A stretch of 64,000 nucleotides of DNA, taken from NCBI RefSeq assembly GCF_009914755.1, contig NC_060925.1; one strand, 5' to 3'. This document shows, one piece after another, positions 23,500 to 36,748 of the stretch; position 1 is the stretch's first letter, and each line of letters opens with the position of its first letter. The notes beneath the pieces are model-generated. The model ran no database searches, was not told where the DNA came from, and worked only from the letters and a program-made list of their open reading frames with translations. Position numbers and translations under genes: made by a program. Source of the DNA: the human T2T-CHM13v2.0 reference genome, Homo sapiens.

Positions 23500-23990
23500 A
23501 AATCCTGTCATGCATTTATGATGGAAATTTTACAAATCTATCTGGTGGAAGGCAATAGGGCAATATGTTTCAAGAGTTCTGTAAGTCTTTATGGTCTTTG
23601 ATCCAGTATTTGACTTGTAGGAAATACTATATCAGAAAAAACTAAACATACAGATTAATCATATCATTAATTTATTATTGTATTACATAGTATTTTATTA
23701 TACTATTATAGCCAAATAAAATTCAATGAAAAAAATTAAAAATAGTTACATAAATTAGGGTATCTCCATATAATTGGAATATACATGAATAATCAAAGAC
23801 ATGAAAAACCATAACAATATGAAAAAAGTAGCAAAAACCATATTTACTATAGAATCTGAAATATATGCACACATATACATATATGTATAGGAGAGAGAAA
23901 GAAAAGCATTAACAGTATAATTTCCAGATGATAAAATTATGTTCAATTATAATTCTTCCTTTTTATATTTTCCAATATGATGTATATTCC
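23500..23990 (+). mobile_element. Highly diverged old L1 (L1ME/L1MC-like) 3' region
   Basis: A-rich sequence with ctttgatccagtatttgacttgtaggaaat, resembling an old L1 3' UTR. Weak evidence. Confidence 0.4.
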
Positions 23991-24791
23991 TTATTCCTCA
24001 GATATTTTAAATTATTATAAAACACTTGTCCCCACAAACCTTGAACTATCTAGAATCTCCCCTAAACTGAAGCCAATTAGGACTATTAGCAAACTATGAA
24101 CTATAAACTTTGTTTCAAATAAATATACCCTTCACACAAAGCACTTTCCATACAGCGTAAGATATAAAATGTCTTATAAAAAATTAACGTTTTTAATCAA
24201 ATAGCTCAGTGAAAATGGTATAAAGAAGGGAGATAAGTCTAAGAAAGAAAACATAGAAAACTTTTGGATAAATTGATATTTGAATGTGACAAATGGTTAG
24301 CATAGTGTGTGATGGAGAGCGAGACATATGTGAGAGAGTTGCCCCAATACATCATATGTACATATTCATATGTAAGTAGAAAATGCAAAATATACCCCTT
24401 TTGTTTTTACCTTCTTTTCACCCTCTTCAATTCCTCAAACAGCTGGTTGAACAGCAGTGTACTTTCTTGGCAATATTTTCGTTAGAGGAGGAAGATGGCT
24501 TCCACTACTTCTTGTTACCGGACCAGAGATGGCTAATGGGGTCAATCCAAGATGGCAGCCTCCATCACAGCTTAAGTACATATATCCTGGCATAATGAGT
24601 GCCCCAGGCTGTTAATGCAGTCTGTCGTTTTTGTTCTTGCCAGGCACATTTTTTTCTATCCTTAGTTACAAAATGTGGAAGTGGCATGACACTTGCAACA
24701 ATTTCCTACCTCAAATGAAGTGGTAGCAGGCAAGAGACTTTTGCAGATTGATCTCATTGTGGTTACAACTTTATATATGCTATATGAGTAG

Positions 24792-25319
24792 TGTTAAAGA
24801 AAAACATATTCATAACACTCCTTAGAGGTGGTAAGGCAAACTTTATCAGGTGCAGGGAGGACTACTGTGATAGGCTTAGGGACCACCACAATGGGATTGT
24901 GCAATGAGGAAGAGAGATTAGGCTCAACTCCAAATACAGCATGGGTAAGTAGGAATTTATACCTAAACAGCAATGGGTGATCAGTGAATGAAAAATTACT
25001 ACAAGGAAAGATCAGGGATCAGTGGGAAATCCTGACTATAACAACCTAACATGATTCTTGCTGAAGGCACGCAAGGATGACCAGACCTCACCTGGGCATG
25101 GTGGAGGACGATGAACTCATTTATTGAAAGAGAACAGATATGGGGTAGGGGGTAAGGGGTAGGGGGTGGGTGGGAGGGTTCCAGTTAAAATGACTTAGCA
25201 GGATTCTCACTAAAATTGGACAATGGAGACACAAACATGGAAGCCCAAAAGGAAAGCCTAGTTGAAAAACAGTCTAGGGGACCCTGAGTAGAGTTTGGGT
25301 AAGGAGAGAATGTTTGTCA
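24792..25319 (-). mobile_element. ERV1 solo LTR (MER31/MER67-like)
   Basis: The minus strand starts tgacaaacattctctccttacccaaactcta, with TG..CA ends. 4-bp TSD gtag at 24788-24791 and 25320-25323. Confidence 0.85.
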
Positions 25320-25717
25320 GTAGTTTAGACATTATTTGTTTATCACTACCCAAATACCTGGAAGATTGGACTGTAACAGCAAATAGAGCTTTTTTTTAGT
25401 ATTTTCATTTCATTCATATAAATAATGTGTTCTTTCTGACTCAGTTCTTACGGTCATCATCTCAATGCTGCCAAAACGTTCTTGGATAATGACTTAGTGT
25501 TTGTGAGTCAATGAAATATTCCTTCCATAACAATATTCAAAAATAATATGCTGCAATGTGAAGAACACTATAGGAATCACAAGATTTGGGTTTGATTTCT
25601 ACCTCTGCTTCTAAACAATTATGTCATCTGGGATGTGTCATTAAGCCCACTCACCTTCAATTTTAATATCTACAGAAACTACAAAGGTGTGGAACCCAGA
25701 AGTCTATGCTTCTACCT

Positions 25718-25960
25718 CAATGGTTCTCAATCAGGGTAATTTTGCATATATGTGTATCCCCTCTCTTTCCCCTGCCACCAACCATGAAAAATTTGGCAAT
25801 GTCTGGAGATATTTTTCATTGTCACAACTGAAGGGAAGGAGCTACTGGCATACACGGTAGAAGCCAGTATGCTGCTGAGCATCCTACAACACACAAAGCA
25901 GCCCCCCACAACAAAGAATTGTTTTCCAAAATGTCAATAGTATAGGTTTGAGAAAATGTG
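25718..25960 (+). mobile_element. MER20 hAT-Charlie DNA element
   Basis: caatggttctcaa...atttggcaatgtctggagatattttt...tgtcacaactg...aaaatgtcaatagt...ttgagaaa. Degenerate 8-bp TSD ttctacct/ttctaatt. Confidence 0.9.
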
Positions 25961-27544
25961 TTCTAATTGCACCATCTTTTAGGAGAGAAATTCGGAATAG
26001 CTAAAAGATCAGAACTTTAAACATGTTTTAATGGTATTGAACTTCGAACAGTAATAGTTGGCTTCTAGACTTGCTCGGGTGATGGTTGGTGAAATTTATC
26101 TTCTAAAATGTGAGAAAACATTTAGAAAAGTCTAAAACATCATCACTGATTTCAGCTGGCACTAGTGCTTAATTTAATGTGGGCTTATTCACGTAAAATT
26201 AGTCTTCTACACCTTAAGTACCAGCCTCATTTCCTATTATCTCAGCAAAGGCAGTTTAAAAATCTGTTTTCACACTACCAAATGTGATAGCATCAGGCAG
26301 GTGACACAACTTAGAAATCAACATGGGCTTATCTACAGGTCAGAGTCTATTTAGATAGTTGACCATTTATTTGGTTATTTTCCCAATAACCCTGGGCCTG
26401 ATTATTTCTTGGTTATTTTTCCTAACACTAAGCTTCTCAGTGGCCAAGTACATTATTGCAGTAATGTGAGGATTAGATAACATATTCATGTTGGAATTTC
26501 ATTCCTAAAAGGGGCAGAGAAGATCCTAATATAAATGATCATTAATTAAATGCAAAGATTAGGGGAAATCCACAGTTAAGAATCTTCTTTTAAAAATAAT
26601 TTTAAAAGCCAGAATTTTATGAGATTAAAGATAACCATATGTAAAAGATGTTTGCTCATTTGTCTGTGTTCATTTCTTTAACTGGAAAACAATGAAAAAT
26701 CTGTTAGTTACACTAAACTGCACTCTAGTTTGATATATTATTTGAAAAAGAGATGGAGAGAAAACTCTGCCTAGTCTTTTTTCTTTACAAGTACAATAAT
26801 TTTAAAATAATTATTGTCACTAAGAGTCCACAGGAAGTATAGATTCATAATGGAAGATTCTATCACTCATCTTGGTTTCAGCAGAGTTCTCAGCTTCAAA
26901 GATCTTGTTCTTCATTGCTTTCGGGTGTTGCCACACCCTATAGATATGGTGACAGGAGGGCAAATTCACCTCAGATTGGAAGTTCTAAGACAGAATTGCA
27001 AACATATCTCAGCAAGTGTCTCAGCTAAATAGGTCTTCTGAAAGTCTTTCAATAAACACAAAATGGTTTTTTCTCATTGATCAGTTTAGACCTCAGTGGG
27101 TCCCTGAGCGTTGAGAGTCATAGAACATTGCAGAAGAACCAAATAAACTTGTATATTATAGAAATCAGAGAGTTGTTGGATGAATGTAGAGATATGTGAC
27201 CATCCTACCATTTGTTCTTGAGATCACAGGTTTTCTTTGAAACTCTGGGTAGATACTTCCATTTCTTTCACTTATAGTTGATGCAATTTTAGCAAGCTCT
27301 AAAGGCCTTATACTAACAGTCAATCAACTCTTAAAGTGCCTCGTCATTCTTGTCAAATCAGCCTTAATGTTTCTTGGCAGAAAATCCAATTGTTTCTGTA
27401 ATGGTGGACTTAAGGAAACCCCAAGTTAATGCTGAGAAGGATTCTCCATTTCCTAAAAGAAAGACTGGTACAAATGCTGTAACTTGATTTTAGTGTTCAA
27501 CCTTTAGTCTTTTGACAACATAAATTTTGCTATGCAGTCTGATG

Positions 27545-27770
27545 TCATACACAGACTGGACTTGTCAATCAGAAATCTGGCTTAGAATCACAGTTCCATC
27601 ATTTAATAGAGGTGGGTCCTTGGGTACCTCACTTCACATCACAATCTCAGTTACCCTCAAAAGATAAAACACCCAACTCAAAGGGCTATTGTTGGCATTA
27701 AATAGAACAATGCTGTGAAAGTACTTTGTAAATTTCAAATCACTATACAAGTTTCATTTATATTATAATT
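27545..27770 (+). mobile_element. MIR
   Basis: gactggacttgtcaatcagaaatctgg...ccttgggtacctcactt...gtgaaagtactttgtaaa. Confidence 0.6.
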
Positions 27771-29297
27771 TCTGCCTTTAAGAATAAATTGAATAGATAT
27801 GCTGAGCAAATTAATCCAAGGTTAGAAGTGGGAGAACGTGCATTATTGTGACCCTGTATGTTAACATCATAACAGCACATCTTTTCCCTGGTTTACAAAC
27901 AACCCACATACATAAACTGTGGAGGAAGAACCACTTCCCACTACCCACAAAGGTTACCATCCTTTTTTCTCTTAATATAAAATATGTAGCAAGTAGATGA
28001 TCTAATGAGCTTCTATTTTTATGCAGATGTGGAAAGGAAGAGAGTTTATAAGCTATGGGCACACTATGAGAAGGGACTCTTGCCAGGAGAGAGGTCACTG
28101 TTGCAAAAGTGGATCCCAGTATTCAGTTGGGCTCGGACTGACATTCTTGTTGAAACCTTGTTACATGCAACAAGTGTAACTGAAATATGATTTGCCTGAA
28201 CTGTTAGTTCTTCTGGTTTCAAAATGTGTGCACAATGGTTTAGACAGGGCTTTATGGACAGTTCCTGAACCCAACCATCCCACATGATATTCTTTACATA
28301 GGAAAGTATATTTTGGATAGAAAAAAATAATATTAAATAGACAGCTAGATTTTGACTCGCTCAAAGGTAGGGATTACCAATATAATCAATGAAATATAAA
28401 CGGTGTTGCAAATTCTATCAGGATTGGGTTTCCTGAAGATAGAATCAGGGAATTGCCTGCTAGTGAATTTGCAACAGTAAATGCTGCCCCAGGATGCTCC
28501 ACTGGGAATTCTGGTATACTTGGAAGAATCTCAGTCTGCATAGGTGTAGATGGTCTTTGAGTGTTGTCCTGTTACCGTATATTGTGCTTATCTCAGGAGA
28601 TGGTCTTTTGATGATATATTCCACTTGTCTGAATAAGAGGAGAGGCCAATAGAATTGACCTTTTCCTCCTTCATTGCCAATAACTCTACTCTTAAAGCTC
28701 AGTGCTCTTTGCAACCTGATGTAAATATTACTAAAGCCATCACTTTTAAAAATTACTCAGAAATTAATAATTATGGTCCAGGCAATGAGATCATCTAACC
28801 ATTTCTATGTCAATTAATAACTGTGACCAAATCAGCTGTGTGGAAACTTGCAGTAATTCTTATGAATACCAATATTATTATGTCATATTAGAGTCTGCTT
28901 GTTTGCCCTATAGACCCAGCCTAATTCTGTTTTTCTAGAAAAAAGGTATGACTAGAATAAATTTTAATGTATATTTTGTAGTTTCCTAAATATGCCATGC
29001 TGGTTTGCACACTGTTCCCACTGACTGAAACCCTTCCCTCCTTGCCTCTCAGAGGAAATCCCCATCTTCCTCTCAGAGGATGTGCAAACACAAGCTAATC
29101 TAAATGGTCTCCCTAAGTCTTCCACTCCTCTCCCAGCCCAAATATAATTTTATGTATTCCATATCCCGCTCCCCTATATTGTTTTGCACTTACCTCCACT
29201 AGCACTTATGTTATCACCTTATAAATACTTGTTCACAGACTATTCACTGAGGGCAAGGAAAATATTATTAATCTATAGTAGCTATAGGATAAAGTAA

Positions 29298-29623
<326 letters not shown>

Positions 29624-29862
29624 CCACTAATTGTCTTCTGACTGCACAAGTAAGTGGTATTGAGAGTCAAGCATTGTGCTTTTGATGTTTTAGCTCCCTG
29701 ACAGTTTAAAAGTCTCATAGGTCATTCATTTATCCAATCTATTATTTCATTCAATTAATCATTTGAGAAGTACTCACAGTTACTGTGTATCTACTGCAAG
29801 GACAGGGATACGTACTATGTACCTATGGACCTTGCATTATCCATATCCTTCTGCCTTATTTG

Positions 29863-30033
29863 TTCTTTATTTGTTTGTTTGTTTTGAGAGAGGTTTTCAC
29901 TCTGTTACCAGGGCTGGAATGCAGTGGTGCAATCATAACTCACTGCAGCCTCTATCTCCTGGGCTTCAACAATCCTCCTGCCTCAGCCTCCCAAAGAGCT
30001 GGAATGACAGGCATGAGCCACCAGGTCTGGCCC
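29863..30033 (-). mobile_element. Free Alu monomer (FRAM/FAM-like)
   Basis: A single ~145-bp arm plus a (TTTG)-degenerated tail. 12-bp TSD ctgccttatttg at 29851-29862 and 30036-30047. Confidence 0.85.
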
Positions 30034-30534
30034 ACCTGCCTTATTTGGAACAGTGACATCTCGAGTTTCTAACTATAATCCTCAGGCCAGATTTCTGCTC
30101 TGGTCCTCTGGGTTCTTACCTTAAAGTCTTTGGAAGCCTGATTCCCCAAGAATAGGTCAGCAGCAGACTTGAGTTTGGCTGACCTGTAGTCCTCCTCACT
30201 ATCTGAGTAAATTGGAGAAAGTTAATCTCTTAGGATCCCAGGTGTCACATGTGTAAAATGAGGATGATACATATTTTATATTTCACAGAGTGGCCATAAG
30301 AAAATATGTGTAATACACCTTGGAGGTGGGAATCACTAAATGTTAGTTCCATCTGCCTGCTTTCTCTCTCCACTCCACCCTCCTTCAATAGCTAAATGTT
30401 ATATAACCATGTTGGAGATAATCTTAATGGCCACTATAATTCTACCAGGTGGAAAAAAGTGACTATAGAAGTGGTGATTTCTAAAAAAAATTCATCAAGT
30501 TACCAGTATTTGAAAAGCCTTATAATTCCAAATA

Positions 30535-30667
30535 CATCATTCATTCTTTTATTTATTCATTCAAGACTATTCCCTGACATGTGTCAGGCACTTCCCTAGG
30601 CTTTGAGTACACAGCAATTAACAAGACAGACAATATTCTCTACCCTCATCAGACTTTCAGTCTAGCA
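30535..30667 (-). mobile_element. L2 3' end
   Basis: cattcattc...atgtgtcaggcac...acaagacagacaa...ctaccctcat...ctttcagtctag. Confidence 0.75.
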
Positions 30668-31650
30668 GCTTTCAATTTATGAAGAGATCAAGTGCTTCTA
30701 ATTGTGTAGAAAGTTGGGAAACAGTTTACATTATCTAAGCATGAAAGAAAGGCGTTTTCTTGTTTGTTTTGACATTTTCTAACTGAGACAGAGTTCTTAT
30801 GTTGGGGTGTTTGCCAAAACACATTTTTAAAGGGTATCACAATCTCTTGCACATAGTGGCTACTCAAAAACACATTTATTGAATGATTTGAATAAAGTTT
30901 TAAAAGGGCTTCTATTCATTTTAGCCTTAAATTGCCTATGAACACATAACAAGCCCAAAAAGGCCTTAGAAATTATCATCGAATGTGGACTGAGAAACAA
31001 AGAATGTGAATTTCATGCATCATGCCAGGTTTCACACCTCCACTGGGAAAAACAGACAGGTTGACCAGCTAAATAAACAAAAATTTTTCACAGCTGGTGA
31101 CTTTTGCTATTTAATCATGAGATGAGAAGGAACTGCTTTTCCTACCTGAGAGGAACATGAATTGGTCTTACCCACTGGAAGGATTTAGAAAGCATATGAT
31201 ACTGAGAATAAGTTACACAAGAGAAACAGGAAAAAATACCCACCCACTGGCTACCAGAACATACTGAACACTCATCCCATTGAGCTTACTGTCAACATGC
31301 TCTCTTTGTGAAGAGACCTGGGAGCCTTCCTTTTTTGTTCTATAAAGGAAATGAATTCTGTTGTAGCTAGGATGGCTAATGGTGCTTCACTGAGTCTCTC
31401 TGCACATAGGACGCATCTGTATTTCTGTGGGGAATGAGGTTCTCACTGCATCAGATGATGAAGAACATCCACGCTCCAATATCCACATGGCATTGTACTC
31501 ACCAAGGCAACACTAACTTTATGCTCTGCACTGGAATGATGGTAAAATTTGGGAGCTAGATGTGTACTTAGAATTTCGTGTTGTTTGATCGCATCGATGA
31601 AAGGATATGCAATCAATCTCCTCCTAAGACAGTGAGTGGTATTGGCCATA

Positions 31651-31768
31651 ACTCATTACTCCGTCAAGGATTTGGCATTTCAATCGATGGGAAATGATGT
31701 GTGATCATTCTAATTTATTATACATCATTTCCCATCAATCGACGAACTAAAGCCTTGACGTAATAAGT
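31651..31768. repeat. 118-bp imperfect palindrome in unique CpG-containing sequence
   Basis: Perfect 15-bp stem gatgggaaatgatgt (31686-31700) with acatcatttcccatc (31722-31736). Outer stem cgtcaagg (31662-31669) with ccttgacg (31753-31760). Confidence 0.92.
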
Positions 31769-33614
31769 ACTTACAGACACTGTCAATCATTCTTGGTCCA
31801 AATACTTTCCAGTACTGCCATTTGGGATATCTTCAAATAGTCATGAAAATGGAACGTATCCCCAGATTGCAAATGTGGTGATTTCACTCAGCAGAAAACT
31901 TTGAGATGACCTCTTACTGGGGGATTCCATCAGCAATTGCTTAAGCATTGGACCATCCCCCAATTTAAGGAGAAGAAATTGATGGCTATTTTCATTAGCC
32001 ATGATTTTCCTCCCAACGTGTTCAGATGAGATTCAAAGATGGTGGTGCTACCAGAATCATAAAGTTACACTTCTGCCTTGAAAAATGCCAATCTTTTCTG
32101 TCTACCTCTTTTCAAAAAATTTACTATTCCCTGAGTGCTTTTTGGAATAATGTCAAAATACATTGATTTTTCTGCCTTTTGTCACTGTGGAGAATGGCAT
32201 CACAAGAGTGCAGATCACCAAATAGCATCAACATAGCAGAGCTCATGAATTACCAGTACTTTCAAATAAGATCCCTCAACTGTTATTACTGCCTATACTG
32301 AAGCATTGGATGAGAACTGTCTGGTTTGATTAGTTCTATTTGTTTGAAGTTTGAGTCTCATGAAAATCAAATAAGAAAAAAAAATTCTCAGGTGCGTATA
32401 CTAAAGCAATAGTGTGCAAAGTCATAATTTTGCACATTCATACTGAGTATGGTTTTCATGGTAACTCCAAAAACTGCTGTTTCATATGAGCATTTTCGGT
32501 AGATTTGAAAACATGTCACGACATTTTCAATTTTTACTTTCTGATGTTTTTCAGGAGCAAAACCATATTTCCATGAGAATTTGCATGCATAGTAGGAGGA
32601 TAATTTTTATTTTTACCAGCAGCAAAAGGAACATTTTCTGAAGAAAGGAGGGTGATGTACCCTCCATAACTGACACACATAGCAACATTTTTGTGAGGAC
32701 AGAAGGAAAAATACTCCATTTCTGCTGGAAAACATTACTTACTTTGCCTTTGACTATCTCCCCTTAAATCTGTGGAAAATAACAAGTAAAGTCCAACTGC
32801 AGAGGACTTTTCATTCTTAATAAACTTTTTTTTAAAAGGAAAGAAAAGAAAGTTTACATGGGTTTTTTTCCTACCAGCAACATTTGTGGAATCAGCTTTT
32901 CTTTTTCTTTTTCAGAATCCAGCTGTGGAAGTCTGATCGTTTTGGAGGAGGAAGTCTAGCACAATGTTTTGCATGCAGTGTGTGGATATGATCTAGAAGT
33001 CAGTTCAAGGACTGCAACTCATCCACAAGAAAGTTTGCTCCCATCCTGTTCAAAGACCCACTGCCCTGGAGATTAGAAATGACATACTAATACAATGGAT
33101 TTTAATAGAATCTTTGTCGATGGATTTCAAGGCATTCATTAGCTTATTCAATCCTCATGATTTGCCTAAGCAATCACTTTCTAATCTTGGTGGGAGGAAT
33201 GCCCTCCTCACTCCTCCGAGCACCAGCCTTTCCTCTTTGCTTCCTCGTCAGCAATCAGTGAGTCTTGGCAGCACCAGGGCTTACTGGGGAGCCAGCTGGC
33301 TCCTTCAGCTCTTCATATGCTCTGGGGCTTATCCAGGCTAATGGAGTATCACAGTTCATTATGCACCTTCCTCCTCTACCCCCTGTGAGGAAGCTCCATA
33401 AATACCAAGTTTGGGGCAAGAAGCATCATTGCCGCAGAAGCTGCCAAAAAAAGCTGCCAGTATCCCATGGAGGAGCTAAGAAATATCAATATTTATAACA
33501 AAATGTGCCCTGACCTCAGAAGAAGACTAGAGGAAGATCCAAGCAGGCAGAAAAATGAGGGTAATCTCCTAATCCTACCTTGACCTGTATTTGTAGGGCA
33601 GCAGCCACTAGGTA

Positions 33615-33830
33615 GTTAAACTCTTGCACTATGCCAAGCCCTTTACATGTATCAGCTTATTTAGACCTTAAAACAAGCCTAAGAAATTGGTACTATTATA
33701 GCCCCCACTTTTTTAGGTGAGAAAACAAACAGGGACTTAGGCAAAATATCTTGCCTGAAGTCACGAAGCATGTGAAAGTGCTGGCATTCTAACCCTAGTC
33801 TCAGTAAGTCCATCTTTTCACCTGCTTTAT
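33615..33830 (-). mobile_element. MIR
   Basis: cactatgccaagccctttacatgtatcagcttattta...ggtactattatagccccac...aggtgagaaaac. Confidence 0.7.
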
Positions 33831-34389
33831 AGTACAGACTTTAAGAATGGAAAGCTACATTCAATTCAAAGACAAAGACGAAAGCAAGTCAAGGAGGGCT
33901 TTGTTGTATGAGGAAAGGAAAATAGAGAAAGAATAGAGGAGAGAAAATGGCAGGCATCCAAAGGATTAAGAGATGGGTCCAAATCTGGTACAGGAGTATA
34001 AAAATATAAACTTAAAAATCAGAAGGGCATCCTTATGATAATTAGGACATCCCTTCTGAAAATATTTATATCTGGAGAAGAAAAGTTACCAATACTCAAA
34101 ACCTTATTTTCAGAGGGAGAAATGATTACAAAAAAAAAAAACTTTTTTTCCCAAAAAGCTGATGCATAATCAATCATGGCACATGTCACTCTAAGAAATG
34201 AAGCCCCTGCTTCAGAACCCTCAGTAAAGAAGGAGACAGTGCCTAGAGTGAGTGTTCACTTTTGAGGTTTGAGTGTGATATGATTGGAAAAGCTTGAGTA
34301 ATAAACTCCTGAAAAATGGGGTTTGGTAATGAGCAAGCCTTTAACTATATAGACATGTTGCCAGGTACCACTTTAATAAACTATTACAA

Positions 34390-34590
34390 ATGATCGATGC
34401 AAAGATGTTTCCAACAGCTGTTTATGCAATGTGGCTGGAAGAATTCTTCCATAAAGAAGCTGTTAGTGGGAAAATTGGCTATGCATGGCTGCGATGTCAA
34501 ATCCATACAAAACAAACTTTTTTCTGTCAATCAACAATCTTGCCATAAATTAATCCATTTATAACAAGCCTTTTTTGAATTGACAGCTTC
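34390..34590. promoter_or_regulatory. Candidate developmental enhancer (homeodomain/TALE motif cluster)
   Basis: CTGTCAATCA (reverse of PBX-MEIS TGATTGACAG) at 34524-34533, CCATAAA 34543-34549, TAATCC 34551-34556, TGACAG 34581-34586 and E-box CAGCTG 34415-34420, all in non-repeat sequence. Function is inferred only. Confidence 0.4.
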
Positions 34591-36748
34591 GATGTGAAGA
34601 AAAAAAAGGGCTCTTAAAGGAAAGTGAACTCAGAGTGGCTTTTTGCAACTCTTTAACACATGGGGAGAAGTGGCAAAGCCTCGTAATTTTAAATTTATGT
34701 GGAAAAAGGTTGGCAGCAGCTCCAAACACCAAGGTAGCTTTCCAAGAGCTTCTGAATACAACAAAGCCAGGGTGATCTCTTAGGTTTGGGTCACAGAGGT
34801 TAAGCATGACCTGCCCACATCCAATGATGGAAACAAAGCTGGACTGTCCGAGGCATAAAGATCAAATCCAGATGTAGTTGTAAACACACTCTTGTTTGCT
34901 TTTGGCACAATGAGGTGTTGCTGGTACCAAAACCTCATGCAGGTGACTATGTCTATTGGGTCAATAGTGCCATAGTAGGTACATCAGGCAGACCCTTGGT
35001 CCCTGCTGTCATATTCTGTGTCCTGGTCCTTGATCTTACTTTCCATACATGTTGTTTTTCAAGCCCAGTTATCTCTGGTTTCTGATGTCATTTCCCAACA
35101 AGTTCAATTCATAAAAATCACGGGGTTGTAAAGAATGTCAGCATGACATTAGGTGTGTGCTTTTATGTCTCAGGTAAAACAATGCCTAAGGCAAAAGTTG
35201 TGTTTTCAGAGATGGCCAGAGATGAGATGCCATAATCCCTTCAGGGATCCCTAACCTGACATTCCTAGCTCTGCTGAATTTTTTACCTTCATACAGTAAG
35301 ATGACTCCTAGCACCACTACAGGCAAAGGGAATTTGGCTACTTTTACTCCCTACATTCAACATGCTGCTTCTTCTGGTTAAATAACATCTATTTCTGTAA
35401 CCAAGATTCTGTCTCCAAAACTCTTTTAGTACATGTAACATTCCTGCTCTCTTCAATCCTCTCTTCACCTCTCCACTCAGTCACTCTGACAAAAAAGTAT
35501 GATTATGGCTTATGGCATGAATAAATTGCCATAAGCAAAGATGAAAGCCAAAAATGATTTGATACACCAACACAATTCCCTCAATGTATTAGAAGGTTTT
35601 GTTTGCTTTATATTTTGCTCTCCTGCACTGGATGAGAATGGCGCTCTACATTCCCCACAATTTATTCTATTAAGTTGGCCCTTGAAGAGAGAAGCTCCAT
35701 CTAATGCCTTCCTCTTCACAGATGCCTTGCCAGTCTCTGCTAAGGAAGATTATTCTGAGATTCCTCTGTTCCCGCTCTGCCCCTTGACATGCTTGCTGAA
35801 TTGCCCATGCTCTTGCATCTTTGTCTAGTAGATCTTTCCTGCCAGTTCACACCCAGACACAGGCAACCAGTGCCTAGGCCTTCCTGTTCCCCAGGTGCCT
35901 TATTGAACCCACTGCATTTCGGTCACTTTGCTTTCTCTGTACCTTCATTTCGATTTAAATGTCTCTATCTACCCTAAGAAATTCTTCTAAAGGCCTTCCT
36001 CGGCATTCTCCTCTTTCAATACAAAGATACCTAGTCCCAGAGTGCTACCAAAGGTCAAAATGCTTGTATATTCAGAGACTATTAAAGCCCTAACATTCAA
36101 AGCAGATAAAGCAAAGCTGTACTTATTTGTAAGAAATGCATCTGTCCAAAATGTGCAGAATATTTTACGTACTTAATGTTGAGATGTAGTAACATGTTCT
36201 TCCTCAGTATCTCAGTTGTTTTTCTGAGTTTATATTCCAAACAAATGTATTCATGTCATCCTGTGTGAAGTGAAATGTAACCTACCTTCCTCCCTCCCTT
36301 CCTTCCTTCTTTCCTTCAGTATTCACTGAGCTCATCATGTGCAGGTACAAGGAGGCCACGTCATCCTGCTCAAAACCAGATATTCCCAGCTATCGCACTC
36401 CAGTGAGGCTCTGATGGCAGGATGAAGGTGAGATAGCAAGTTACCAGTAAAATTTATTCTGCATTTCTCCACAAGTATTTACTGAGGGCCATGCACTTTT
36501 TCTAAGTTGAGGGTTCTATCAGTGTCAAAAAATATATATATATATAAAACAACGCAAAAATCTTGGGGGATACATAGATGCAAGCAATTGCTCCACATTC
36601 GTTATTTCTACATTTTATTTTCCTGACTCTAAACTGATTCAGATAATGGGAAGATGAAGATAAAGAAAGGATGACTGAAAGGGAACCCTGGAACAGGAAG
36701 TCAGGAAGATGGGCCTGAATTATGTAAAGATCAGAGGTTTCTTCAGAG

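Noticed and set aside
32895-32920. Strong plus-strand acceptor ttttctttttctttttcag
   Set aside because: I could not find a convincing donor at exon distance.
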